The position numbers were made by a program, and so were the translations under genes. 64,000 nucleotides of DNA from a bacterium (GTDB lineage: Bacteria; Zhuqueibacterota; Zhuqueibacteria; Residuimicrobiales; Krinioviventaceae), in the NCBI GenBank assembly GCA_963674595.2, contig CAXXFV010000004.1, positions 224,001 through 288,000 on the forward strand, given 5' to 3'. The notes under the pieces were generated by a model that saw nothing but the letters and a program-made list of their open reading frames with translations, had not been told where the DNA came from and searched no databases. How positions within the stretch are numbered: the first letter of the stretch is position 1; every line of letters starts with the position of its first letter. Below, one piece after another: positions 8,798 through 18,900 of the stretch.

Positions 8798-11167
8798 TTA
8801 ATTTTCAATTATGAATCCGTGATAAAGTCCCATATAATAGGGAAGTAAAAATACGGCACCATCGCCCATTGAATGTCCGTTTCCACCGGTATTCAATTGC
8901 CATGGATTTCTGTTCCAGTGATTAAAGTAGCATTCATCAACAGGAATCACTTTGCCGTTAAGCTGATGTCCGTTACCAGCCATGGATCCCTTATCAAAAT
9001 CGCGCATCCACTCCGGTAAGGGAATAATGTCCAATCGATGACTGTTTGTATGCCGCCAGTCCACCCGATCGAGAGGAAATCTTTTCAAGGTTTCTATGGA
9101 ATCTTCCAACCAGTCTCCGGTCGGATCCATAGGATGCTCTCCCCAGGCATCTTTAAAAGAAACCCCGTCGCACATGGCAGCAAAGGCAAAATTAAAAAAA
9201 GGATTCATTTCCGGTTGTTCCAACCGCCAGCTCTTCCAAAATGAAAGCGCATAGCGGGACGTTAATTGAGGATTTTTTTCATATTTTAAAATATTGTAAT
9301 AGCACATAAAAGCCATTTCATCATCGGATTGGTTGCCGGAACCGGCCCCACGTTGCGGTTTAAGGTACATTAAATTTTGATGATAACTGTGCTTTTTAAT
9401 GAGTTCATTTGCAATCTTGCGGTATTTTTTATCTCCTGTAATATGTTCCGTTACAGCCAGATATGAAAGCATGCTGAGAGAATTTAAACCCCGTTCAGTA
9501 AACCAGTTTTCACTGTAATTTATTTCTTTTGGACTAAACCGCGCCCATCGTGTTGGTTTACCGTCATGATCAACGAGTTGAAAATCATGCTTTACAAGAT
9601 GGTCTGTTAATGCTTTAATATGTTTTCTAACCCGTGTTTTTTCTGCTTCTGTTTGCGCAACAAGGTCGTAATAAAGGCCATAAAAGAAATAATGACCATC
9701 CAGTTCGTCGGAGCTTGTATCACATTTCCAATACCATTTTCCATCTTTGCTTACCGGCCACCTGGGATCAATGACCTTCCACAGCTTATCACCGTGTTGT
9801 TGTTCTCGCCTGTCACGCTCAAGCCTTCCATCATTTGGATTATGACCGGACGTTGGAAGAATTGTTCGGGCAACAAATCCCGGAGGAGCAGGATTTGTTC
9901 CTCCCTGGGTAACCTGGCCTAAAAACTCAAGGGCTGCAAACGCTTTATCTGCCCGTTCCTTGGCCTTTGGGTCTTTTGTAACAGCATAGGCAAAACATTC
10001 CCCGGCGCCATACATACTGGTCCACAAACCATCATTATCACTGTCGTGTTTAACAACATTGGTTTTATCCCCGGCAGCAGGCAGGTTAACTTCCAGGACA
10101 TACTCGTAAGGTGTGCGCCGGTGATACCGGTCGATTTCATCTTCATACCATTTTGCTTTTTCAGCAAGAGTCATTTCAATGTTTTTAATCAAGCCGACTC
10201 CGGCATTTGTAGCAAACCAGGCATCTCCGTTATCGGTAACAGCAATATCTTTAACCTTATCATCCGGCAGCCATCGTTTGCCCTGGCGGTATTCCCATTT
10301 GTTGCCATCATACCGCATAGCGCCAATTGTGGTGCCAAACCAAACATCCTTTACACCATTCGCCGAAACAACGGTAAAATCATTAAAGGGTAATCCTTCC
10401 GCACCTGTAAACAATTTCCAGGAATCATCAAAACAACCCACTCCCTGGGGACAGGCAAACCACACCCGACCGTTTTTATCAACCGCAACACCTCTCACAT
10501 CACGGGGCGCCCAGCTATATTTTTCATCATGCGGATAAACAGACTGCCATTGTCCCAAAGATTTTGAATATTTTAACAGAGAAGCTTTTGTAGCCGCCCA
10601 AATATCACCATTTGACAAAACAGAAAATTGTCGTATGGGTAAATCCGGTATTTTTAGAGGGGTAATATTCATTTTTTCTTTAGAGATTTCGCACCGGTAA
10701 AGATCATTCACTCCGGCGAGGTAAATGGCATCGGCATATTGAACAAGATGTGAACTCTGAGCGAGTTTCAGCATTTCGGGAATTATGATACTCGCCTTTA
10801 CGTCGCTGCCGGCCAGAAAATGCAATTCCGCATTTTCCAGATAATCTTCGTTTAGCGAACCCGTGACAAAAACCAAATCCTGTTCGTCTTTACAAATTGC
10901 ATATACGGCTTTTTTCTGCCCGGGTATATTATACCATTTCGTTTCTTTAAAAACCGACAATCCCTTTGCCGTACCGGCATAAACATTGCCATTATTTGCT
11001 ACAAAAATTGAATAAATTTCGTTTGAAGGTAAACCGTCATTCATTGAAAATGTAATTCTTTTTTGCTGATAAAAAGAACCGACCTCAACCCCTTTGCTTT
11101 TACCACATGCGCTGCTTAAAGCAGCCAGCACAATAACAGCCGTGATGATAACCTTGATTCTTTTCAT
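8798..11167 (-). CDS. Lipoprotein with two-component-regulator-type beta-propeller repeats and a C-terminal helical (probable alpha/alpha-barrel) domain, function unknown
   Basis: Lipobox LSSAC; DGLPSN / EGLPFN / WLPDD propeller repeats; acidic C-terminal motifs DSDNDGLWT, DTSSDELDGH, QSDDEMAF. Confidence 0.7.
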   Translation of the reverse strand: MKRIKVIITAVIVLAALSSACGKSKGVEVGSFYQQKRITFSMNDGLPSNEIYSIFVANNGNVYAGTAKGLSVFKETKWYNIPGQKKAVYAICKDEQDLVFVTGSLNEDYLENAELHFLAGSDVKASIIIPEMLKLAQSSHLVQYADAIYLAGVNDLYRCEISKEKMNITPLKIPDLPIRQFSVLSNGDIWAATKASLLKYSKSLGQWQSVYPHDEKYSWAPRDVRGVAVDKNGRVWFACPQGVGCFDDSWKLFTGAEGLPFNDFTVVSANGVKDVWFGTTIGAMRYDGNKWEYRQGKRWLPDDKVKDIAVTDNGDAWFATNAGVGLIKNIEMTLAEKAKWYEDEIDRYHRRTPYEYVLEVNLPAAGDKTNVVKHDSDNDGLWTSMYGAGECFAYAVTKDPKAKERADKAFAALEFLGQVTQGGTNPAPPGFVARTILPTSGHNPNDGRLERDRREQQHGDKLWKVIDPRWPVSKDGKWYWKCDTSSDELDGHYFFYGLYYDLVAQTEAEKTRVRKHIKALTDHLVKHDFQLVDHDGKPTRWARFSPKEINYSENWFTERGLNSLSMLSYLAVTEHITGDKKYRKIANELIKKHSYHQNLMYLKPQRGAGSGNQSDDEMAFMCYYNILKYEKNPQLTSRYALSFWKSWRLEQPEMNPFFNFAFAAMCDGVSFKDAWGEHPMDPTGDWLEDSIETLKRFPLDRVDWRHTNSHRLDIIPLPEWMRDFDKGSMAGNGHQLNGKVIPVDECYFNHWNRNPWQLNTGGNGHSMGDGAVFLLPYYMGLYHGFIIEN

Positions 11168-11179
11168 ACTCCCTCACTT

Positions 11180-11920
11180 TCAAGAAAATTTTTCAATAAT
11201 TTTTAGTATTTTTTGATAATGCGATCCTTTCCAATAAATTTTATAACATTTTTGACATTGACTATATTCATTGTAAAACATGGCTGTATTCGGCGGCAGT
11301 TTGTCCAGAATATTCTTTTTTTCAACACTTTTAATAATTCCATTACAAACAATACACCTGGTAAAAGGCGCTGTTTGAGAATAAAGTTCAAACCGGTTAA
11401 AGACTTGTTTGATTTGCTCTGTCCATAAAGTAGACCGGACCCAATATCCGCAGGACACAATTTTATTTTTCAACAAGCCAATGTCACGGGTTAAAATAAT
11501 CCGTTTCTGCTCAAGAGCAAGATCAATTATTTTTGGGTCACTAAAATCATTTTCATAAAGGCAATCAAATCCAAACATACGTAAAACGCGTGTCAGTTTA
11601 CCCAAATGTACATCAAGGATAAATGTTTTAGTGTTTTGAGAAAAGTTATTGAGTTTTATTACGGGTGAAATATTTAAATTTTGATAAACTGGATAAACAT
11701 CAACAGAATCCCCATTGTATATATGTTTTTCAAAATCAACAGATTCCCCGTTTATCACAATCATATCAATCTCCGTATGAGGAATTCCAATTGCTTCTAT
11801 GGCATCTTTGACTGATGGTTTACCAGAAAAAAAATATTTAAAATATTTTTCTCTGCGGCTGCTGGGTAAAAAATCATTTAATTCTTTATGAAATTGAAAT
11901 ATAGCGCAATTTAGCGGCAT
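11180..11920 (-). CDS. Mut7-C RNase (PIN-like) with N-terminal ubiquitin-like domain
   Basis: SVKDAIEAIGIPHTEI, FILDVHLGKL, RIILTRD, RCxxCNG...CxxC..IYWKGSH. Confidence 0.9.
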   Translation of the reverse strand: MPLNCAIFQFHKELNDFLPSSRREKYFKYFFSGKPSVKDAIEAIGIPHTEIDMIVINGESVDFEKHIYNGDSVDVYPVYQNLNISPVIKLNNFSQNTKTFILDVHLGKLTRVLRMFGFDCLYENDFSDPKIIDLALEQKRIILTRDIGLLKNKIVSCGYWVRSTLWTEQIKQVFNRFELYSQTAPFTRCIVCNGIIKSVEKKNILDKLPPNTAMFYNEYSQCQKCYKIYWKGSHYQKILKIIEKFS

Positions 11921-12052
11921 GATTGCATTTTTATTTAAAATACATTATCTGCTAAGGATTGACATTCTATTAAAAGTTATCGACGGCATTTATATTTTTT
12001 AAAAACATATTATATCAAATCTAATTATTGAAAGCAAGTAATGATTTTAGTT

Positions 12053-12517
12053 TTAAATATCTTTATCAAAATCAAATTTAATTAAATTGTTGTCTGAAGG
12101 ATAATTCAATATTAAAATATTATTAATAAAATCAAAATCCAATTTTTTATTAAAATAAAAAAAATGAGATTGACACCTGCAATCAGAACAACCAAAATCT
12201 GTTATACAATCATCGGCGAAATGACTTAATAATTGCGCATACTGACATTCCCGTTTTTCAGGAAAGTTTGTATACCATATATCCAAAAGGTTTGCAAAAT
12301 TTTTAAAATAGTCAATGTGCCATCTTGGTTTGGTGGATTTTTTTATGTGGTGCTTTATTCTGGCAAAAACACCGCCGGGTCCAAAAGCGCTTCCAATATA
12401 ATAATAATAACCTGCTTTGAAATGTTTTTCCCCAAGCTTACCAATAACTAAACTCTGATCATGATCCAGAAAAAAGAAAAGTAGATAGGTCCCCTTGAAA
12501 TTTACATTATCATTCAT
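12053..12517 (-). CDS. GIY-YIG nuclease family protein (DUF123-like)
   Basis: GTY...YYYIGSAFGPGG...RIKHH...WHIDY...FGCSDCRCQSH. Confidence 0.85.
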   Translation of the reverse strand: MNDNVNFKGTYLLFFFLDHDQSLVIGKLGEKHFKAGYYYYIGSAFGPGGVFARIKHHIKKSTKPRWHIDYFKNFANLLDIWYTNFPEKRECQYAQLLSHFADDCITDFGCSDCRCQSHFFYFNKKLDFDFINNILILNYPSDNNLIKFDFDKDI

Positions 12518-12522
12518 TTTAA

Positions 12523-13617
12523 TTAAATTTTCACAAAATGTTTTCCTGCCAGTTGCCGAACATAACTCTTTAATTCAAGAGAAAGCAAAATCGATAAAAC
12601 CAGCGAAGAGGATAAGCCGCATTTTTGACAGAGAATATCAATATGTAAAGGTTCTTCAGAAAGATATTTTAAAACAATTCTTTCATCATCTGAAGCATCT
12701 TTATAGGTTTTGGCAAGCGGAACCTTTTTCTTTTCAACATTATATTCAGATAATATGTCATCAGGGGTTAACACCAAACGTGCCCCATCCTGTATAAGCC
12801 GGTTACAACCGATGCTTTTCGGATTTGTAATATTGCCGGGAACGGCAAATACTTCTTTTCCTTGATCCAAAGCATATTCTGCGGTAATAATTGCACCGCT
12901 CTTATTTCCGGCTTCAATAACAAAAACCGCCTTACTTAGTCCGGAAATTAATCTGTTTCTTTTGGGAAAATTTCGTGCATCCGGTTTTGTAGACATTGGA
13001 AACTCGGATATTAAAGCACCGCATTCAAATATCTGTGACAACATGGATATATTTTCCGGGGGATAAATGACATCAACACCAGACCCTAATACAGCAAAGG
13101 TAATGCCTCTGTTGGTAATGACGGTTTTGTGGGCAATCGTATCGACACCTCTGGCAAAACCACTAATTACAGAAATATTTTGCCGAGCAATTTCCGCAGC
13201 AAACTTTTCTGTTATCAGTTTTCCATAGGTACTGGGATGTCGTGTTCCAACAATGGCCAGGCTTTGATGGTTTAACTTTTGAGCACATGAGCGAACATAC
13301 AAAATACAGGGAGGATCATAGATATTTTTCAATGATACAGGATAATCCTGATCCCAATAAGTTAAAATTTTGGTATTAAACTGTTTTGCGCGTTTTATTT
13401 GCTCAGAGGCAAACTCAGCATTGTTGGTATTTTTAATTAGCTGAGCCAGCTTTTTATCAATCCCATCAACTTCAATCAATTGACGGGGTGACGCCGACAA
13501 AACAGCCCCGGGTTCTTTAAACCGTTTCATTAAATTAAGAAGACGATATGAACCTACCCCAGGCACACTCGATAATCGGAACAGAGCATTTAAATCAATT
13601 TCTTGATTTTTTTCCAC
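12523..13617 (-). CDS. dprA: DNA-processing protein DprA
   Basis: AIVGTR, ISGFARGVD, FPKRNRLISGLS, EAGNKSGA, C-terminal winged helix. Confidence 0.95.
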   Translation of the reverse strand: MEKNQEIDLNALFRLSSVPGVGSYRLLNLMKRFKEPGAVLSASPRQLIEVDGIDKKLAQLIKNTNNAEFASEQIKRAKQFNTKILTYWDQDYPVSLKNIYDPPCILYVRSCAQKLNHQSLAIVGTRHPSTYGKLITEKFAAEIARQNISVISGFARGVDTIAHKTVITNRGITFAVLGSGVDVIYPPENISMLSQIFECGALISEFPMSTKPDARNFPKRNRLISGLSKAVFVIEAGNKSGAIITAEYALDQGKEVFAVPGNITNPKSIGCNRLIQDGARLVLTPDDILSEYNVEKKKVPLAKTYKDASDDERIVLKYLSEEPLHIDILCQKCGLSSSLVLSILLSLELKSYVRQLAGKHFVKI

Positions 13618-13627
13618 AATAAATTAT

Positions 13628-14617
13628 CTATTCAATTTCGGATTTTATTAAATCAAATAATTTTTTCTTCATTATATCAATGTTATCCCCACGAACAGAG
13701 GAGATTAAAATATATTCATCATTCGGATCTATAAAAGAAGGTTTGTCCGGAAATTCGTCTTGCAATAAATCTGCTTTGGTAAAAATAACCAGTTTTGGTT
13801 TTTCAAGCAGTAATTTATCAAAAGAGGCTAATTCATTTAACAGAATGGTATAGTCCTGTTCCATATCTTCAGATGTGGCATCCAAAAGAACAGCCAAAAC
13901 CCGGGTCCGTTCAATATGTTTTAAAAATTGGATTCCAAGTCCCTTTCCCAAGTGGGCACCCTGAATAAGGCCCGGTATATCTGCAGCAACAAAAGTCTCA
14001 AATTGACCGGCCTGCACAATACCTAACTGCGGTACGAGTGTGGTAAAAGGATAATCTGCAATTTTGGGTCGGGCCGCTGTAATACGCGAAAGCAAAGTGG
14101 ATTTACCGGCATTCGGCAGACCAACAAAACCAACATCCGCCAACAGCTTGAGTTCCAATTGTATGTTCTTTTCTTCGCCTTCTTGTCCGGGTTCCCACTC
14201 TTGAGGCGCCCTATTGGTCGGAGAAACAAAACGGGCATTTCCACGTCCTCCTCGGCCGCCTTTGGCAATAATAACTTGCTGCTTGTCTTTAACCAAATCT
14301 GCCAAAATTTCTCCGGAATCAATATCCTTAATGACAGTACCGATAGGAAGACGTATAAATAAATTATCAGCGCTTTTGCCGATTTTATTATCACCCTCTC
14401 CGTGTCTGCCTCGTTTGGCTTTGTAGTGTCGTTTATACCTAAAGTCTAGCAATGTTTGTATGCTCTTATCCGCAACGGCAATAATATGCCCGCCTTTTCC
14501 ACCGTCTCCGCCGCTTGGGCCTCCTTTTGGGACAAATTTTTCCCGTCTAAAAGCCAAACAACCACTACCGCCGTCACCGGCTTTTATATAAACTTTTGCA
14601 CTATCGACAAAATTCAT
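13628..14617 (-). CDS. obgE: GTPase ObgE/CgtA
   Basis: Gly-rich Obg domain (FRREKFVPKGGPSGGDGG), GLPNAGKS, DYPFTT, DIPG, TKAD. Confidence 0.97.
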   Translation of the reverse strand: MNFVDSAKVYIKAGDGGSGCLAFRREKFVPKGGPSGGDGGKGGHIIAVADKSIQTLLDFRYKRHYKAKRGRHGEGDNKIGKSADNLFIRLPIGTVIKDIDSGEILADLVKDKQQVIIAKGGRGGRGNARFVSPTNRAPQEWEPGQEGEEKNIQLELKLLADVGFVGLPNAGKSTLLSRITAARPKIADYPFTTLVPQLGIVQAGQFETFVAADIPGLIQGAHLGKGLGIQFLKHIERTRVLAVLLDATSEDMEQDYTILLNELASFDKLLLEKPKLVIFTKADLLQDEFPDKPSFIDPNDEYILISSVRGDNIDIMKKKLFDLIKSEIE

Positions 14618-14686
14618 TTTTTTCTTACAACTTTAATTTTGAATGGAATAATAAAGATTTGTAACCCAAAGTCCCCCCGTTTTCCG

Positions 14687-15360
14687 CTATGAATAATTAA
14701 CAGAAAAAATTTGTCGTTTCTTTTTTGAATCCAGATCTATTTTTTTTAATATCTTACGTAAACCAAACCATCCTATTTTCACATTTCCGTATTGTGGTGT
14801 ATTTAACATCCGGGCAATATTTAATGTACTGGAATTGGGATGAGTTGTTACAATTTTTTTAACTTTATCTTCAATAGACAAATCCGTTCTAATTGGTTGA
14901 TCGGATTGTGTTGTTTTTATCTCTTTGTCCGCAACAGGAGTTGCTGATTTGGGTTCAGTTGTATTAACTTCAACAACGTTTGTTTGTTTACTTCCATTTG
15001 ACAAAAGTCGTTCAAAGTCGCTAACAGCTTCTTCCAACGTGTCAAAGGCTTTTAAAATATAATGAAACTCGAGTAATTCAAAAACTTCATAAACTTCAGG
15101 AATCATTCGAACCAGTTTCAAGTCTCCGCCTTTTTCACGAATACCTTTAATTTCACTGATAAAAATACCCAGCCGGCACTGCTGACATAATCAACATTTC
15201 CTAAATCAATAATGATATTGTATGAACCCGCTTTTAATAAAGAGTTCAATGCATGTTCCAGCTCGGAAGAGGTAGTGGTATCAATATACCCGCCAACCTT
15301 AATAACTGAAACACTGTTCTGGCTTCCAGTTTTTTCTACAGACAACTGAATACCTTCCAT
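14687..15360 (-). CDS. STAS-domain anti-anti-sigma factor (RsbV/SpoIIAA-like) with C-terminal HTH; frameshifted at ~15168-15170 (about 224 aa if repaired)
   Basis: ORF 15118..15360 gives GYIDTTT...IIIDLGNVDYVSSAGW. Adding one G to the GGG run restores WGIFISEIKGIREKGGDLKLVRMIPEVYEVFELL, continuous with ORF 14687..15121. Confidence 0.85.
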
Positions 15361-15473
15361 TTTTATTAGTCTCCATTAGTTCCCCATTCTATTCCTACGC
15401 CACTCTAAAAGAATGCATTTTATATAATATTTTCATTTTCCTTGAACTTCCCCGCAACACCTAAAGTGTCATT

Positions 15474-15502
15474 AATATAGTTGTTAAACCTTAAAATGTC
15501 AA
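15474..15502 (-). promoter_or_regulatory. Sigma70-type promoter for the STAS gene (possibly extending to obgE-dprA)
   Basis: Minus strand TTGACA-N17-TATATT in the intergenic gap. Confidence 0.65.
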
Positions 15503-15529
15503 TAGTATTTTCTTGTCAAAACAGTAGAA

Positions 15530-15937
15530 TTATGAAAGATTAAGATATTGTTTAGCACGTTCTATGCTGTTTCTAATATCTTGTCTTTCAGGAGAAATTT
15601 TGAGAATTTGTTCCCATTGATTTATAGCTCGCCTAAAGTCTCCCTGATTGGCATGAATAACTCCTAAATTTTCATGCGCCTCGATATTTTCAAAATCCAA
15701 TTTAATTACTTTTTCATATTCTTTAGCGGCTTCGTTATATAAACGTTGTCTGTAAAGTGCATTCCCGCGCAAAACATGGGCCTGCCATTTATCCGGATAA
15801 TTTTGTATTATAGTATTTAATAGTTCCATTGCTTTTTTATAACTGCCATCAGAATACAATTTTGAGGCATCTTCCATCTTTTTTGTTATACATATATTCA
15901 TCTTTTTCAAGATTGACATCAAGAGGAAATTTTTCAT
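15530..15937 (-). CDS. TPR domain; probably the frameshifted C-terminus of the 15849..19646 protein
   Basis: Three TPR-like repeats (AHVLRGNALY, AHENLGVIHA). It overlaps the end of the upstream ORF, and removing one A from the A6 run at 15879-15884 fuses them (DEYMYNKKMEDASKLY). Confidence 0.75.
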   Translation of the reverse strand: MKNFLLMSILKKMNICITKKMEDASKLYSDGSYKKAMELLNTIIQNYPDKWQAHVLRGNALYRQRLYNEAAKEYEKVIKLDFENIEAHENLGVIHANQGDFRRAINQWEQILKISPERQDIRNSIERAKQYLNLS

Positions 15938-18900
15938 GATCGGACATTTTCTTTTTATCTGTTAAAGCTTCTTTTAACAGCATTTCAAACTGTTCTTCAT
16001 CTTCATCATAAAAAGTATCATCCGACTCTACAAAATCCAACAATTCATCAAACGATAAACTTTTGGAATCTTCTTCAACAACAGATTCCTCATCACCTTG
16101 TTCAAACTTGAAATCGGAAATATCCCAGTTTATTTCCTCTTCAAATTCATTTTCCGAGTGGTTGTTTATTTGTTCCTTTATTTCATTTTCAAGAATTTGT
16201 TCAGAAATTGTTTCTTCTATTTCGCCGGTTGTGGAAATAACACCTTCTTCATCTATTATTTCAATAAACTCATCAAAGGAATCGGAAAAATCTTTTTCTT
16301 CGTCAAACAACAAAGAACTTTCTTCATCTATAAAATCTATATCCTCAACCGGTTCACCTTCAAATTCATCCTTTTCTTCTTTCTTTTCAGGTTCATCAAG
16401 ACCACCACCGGCATTTAAAGCATCAATAAAATCAAGCTCTTCTTTTTCCGATTGGGTTTGTAAATGATCGGTGTCGGAATATTCAAGATCCCCTATTTCT
16501 TCTTCCTTTTCAGCTTCACTTTCCGGTTCGGTTTCATCTCCGGCAAAGTCAAAAATTTCCAGGTCAGAGAAATCATCGGCTTCCAGTTCAAGGATAGCAT
16601 CATCAGTTTCTGTGTCGGGTTCCGGTTCTATCGATGCTTTTTCGTCTTGTTTAACTTTATCTCTTTCTTCATCAAAAGGAGCTTCAAAAAATTCAGATTC
16701 AGACACATCAATTACTGATTCGTGTTCAGATAACAGTATATCTGTATCCTGGTCAACAATCATATCATCTTCATCATGGACAAAATCAAAATCCATTGAA
16801 TCATCTACAGATGACAGTTCATCATCTTGATTTTCGTGAATATCATCTTCTTTTACATCTTTAACTAATTCTTGTTGTTCATCAGATTCATCACGATCTT
16901 GAACTCTATCCGGCTGCTCAGGCCCGCTTTCCTGCTGACGGACGGTTACATTTTTTCTTTTATCAAATAAATCAACAAGAGGGGTCAGCAATAAAGAGTC
17001 CGGTTCTAAATCCAAAAGCTCCAGGGGGGACTTGAATTCCTGAATTACCTGGGCAACCTCTTCTGTTTCAACCGGCTTTGTTGTAATCTCAGCGTCTAAT
17101 TCAATATCCTTAGATTTTTTATCCTGTTTCGGAAGTTCTTCAGATTCAAACTGTTTCAAATCTTCTTCTTCAGGCAGCGAATAATTTGCTTTTTGTAAAA
17201 TGACTTTGCCGTCAATGGTCAACATGGGTGTTCCGGGCGGCTTAATCCGGCGTTTTTTACCACCTCTGGCAATAAAAGCTTTCCTCAATTCTTTAGTGTT
17301 TAGCCTGGACCGAACAAGTTCTTCATAAATTTTAGCAGCGCTGATGATAGAAAAACTATAACGTTCTGTATTTAATTCTTCACTGATCCTTTTTGCGCCA
17401 TAGTCCGGGAACCGTCGGATAATGTCATAAATTTTTGTTTTTTCTTCAATACTGAGATGGCGAGCTTCAATTTGTTCTTCTTCGTTCTCCAGGGTAAACT
17501 GATCAAGACCTTCTTTTTCAAAACTGGCTTTATACTTGTTATAGGCATAAGTCGTGATGCCGACCGATTCACAGGCCTCTTTGATACTTTTTCCTTCGGA
17601 AACGAGATTAAAAACTTTTTTAGCCCGTTTTAGCTCTACTTTTTCAGCAGATGACTTTTCTTTAATAGAAACAAGTGTAATATCATCGTTTTGTGGAAAA
17701 CCTTCGGTGAAAGCTACAATTTCCCGTTGGAGTTTTTCAACAAACTCACCGGCGGTCAAATGTCCAAATCTTCGTACAACATTCAAAAAACGTTCTTCAG
17801 CAAACAATTGCCGTTTGGCATTCATTGCTTCTGTAATGCCGTCCGTATATATTATTAAAATATCATCTTCAGCTAAAGAGACAGTTCCGGACTCGATGGA
17901 GTTACGAAACAGGTGCTTATCCGGCAAAGAAATACCTATGGGGAAGCCTCGGGGATTTAAATAATAGGTATTATTCGTACTGGGTCGAAACAGAATCATC
18001 GGATTGTGGCCGGCGCTGGCAAAATTTAAGCGGCGACGTTTAGAATCGATAATGACATAAAAAAGGGTCACAAACATGCCCTTTTTCATGTCATTAACGA
18101 CAAAATCGTTTACGCGCGCTAATACTTCTGCAGCATCTTTAATTCCACGTGCTTCTGTTCGTAATGCAGTACGAATCATGGTCATAACAAGTGAACCGGG
18201 AACACCCTTTCCGGAGACGTCGGCTACTACTATACCCAGAGTATCGCGGTCTACTTCTACAAAATCAAAATAATCACCACCTACCTCTTTTGCGGCTGCA
18301 TAATAGGATGAAATGTCATAACCTTCAATATCAGGGAACTCACTCGGCAAGAGCGTTTGCTGAATTTCCTGTGCAACCTGCATTTCTTTTTGCAGACGTT
18401 CCTGTTCCGCCAGGTTGAGCTGCGATGCTTTAAGCTGTTGCGTAATATCGCTAAAAGCCTGGGCAATTTCACCAACTTCGGTTGATGAATCAATATCCAT
18501 TTCTTCAGCGACGCCGGGTTTTCCAAGTTCTTTAACCCACTCCTGAAGACGGCGAAAAGGATTCATTACAATGTAAATCAATAAAAAGAGTCCTGCGACT
18601 CCTATGACCCAAACGAACAATGCCAGACTAAGATTATTTTGCCTGGCTTTAGAAACATCAGAGTAAATTTTGTCTCCATCAATGAACAGGTGGGCCCTGG
18701 ACATTATATGGTCCTGTTCGTCCACAACGGGATAGACAATATCCACGACTTTTTTTCCGTCAGGCTGCCGAAATTCAAAAACATTTTTTTGAATTTCCTT
18801 AACATTATCGGGAAATTTAAAAGGCTCTAATATTTCTCCTTCATCAGCCCGGGCGATAATCGTGTTGCTGTTATCAACAACAAAGGCATTATATAAAATA

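Noticed and set aside
11180-12517. Mut7-C RNase plus GIY-YIG nuclease as an anti-phage or toxin-antitoxin pair
   Set aside because: Both are widespread stand-alone families, separated by a 132-bp gap, with no antitoxin, ATPase or mobile context.
16063-16830. Ser-rich and Phe-rich plus-strand ORFs
   Set aside because: Antisense shadows of the Asp/Glu-rich tract (GAA/GAT codons read as TTC/TCA/TCT). The other short plus-strand ORFs likewise overlap well-supported minus-strand genes.
17270-17630. Active IS481 insertion sequence
   Set aside because: No DDE integrase domain, terminal inverted repeats or target duplication seen; the segment is in frame within a host protein.
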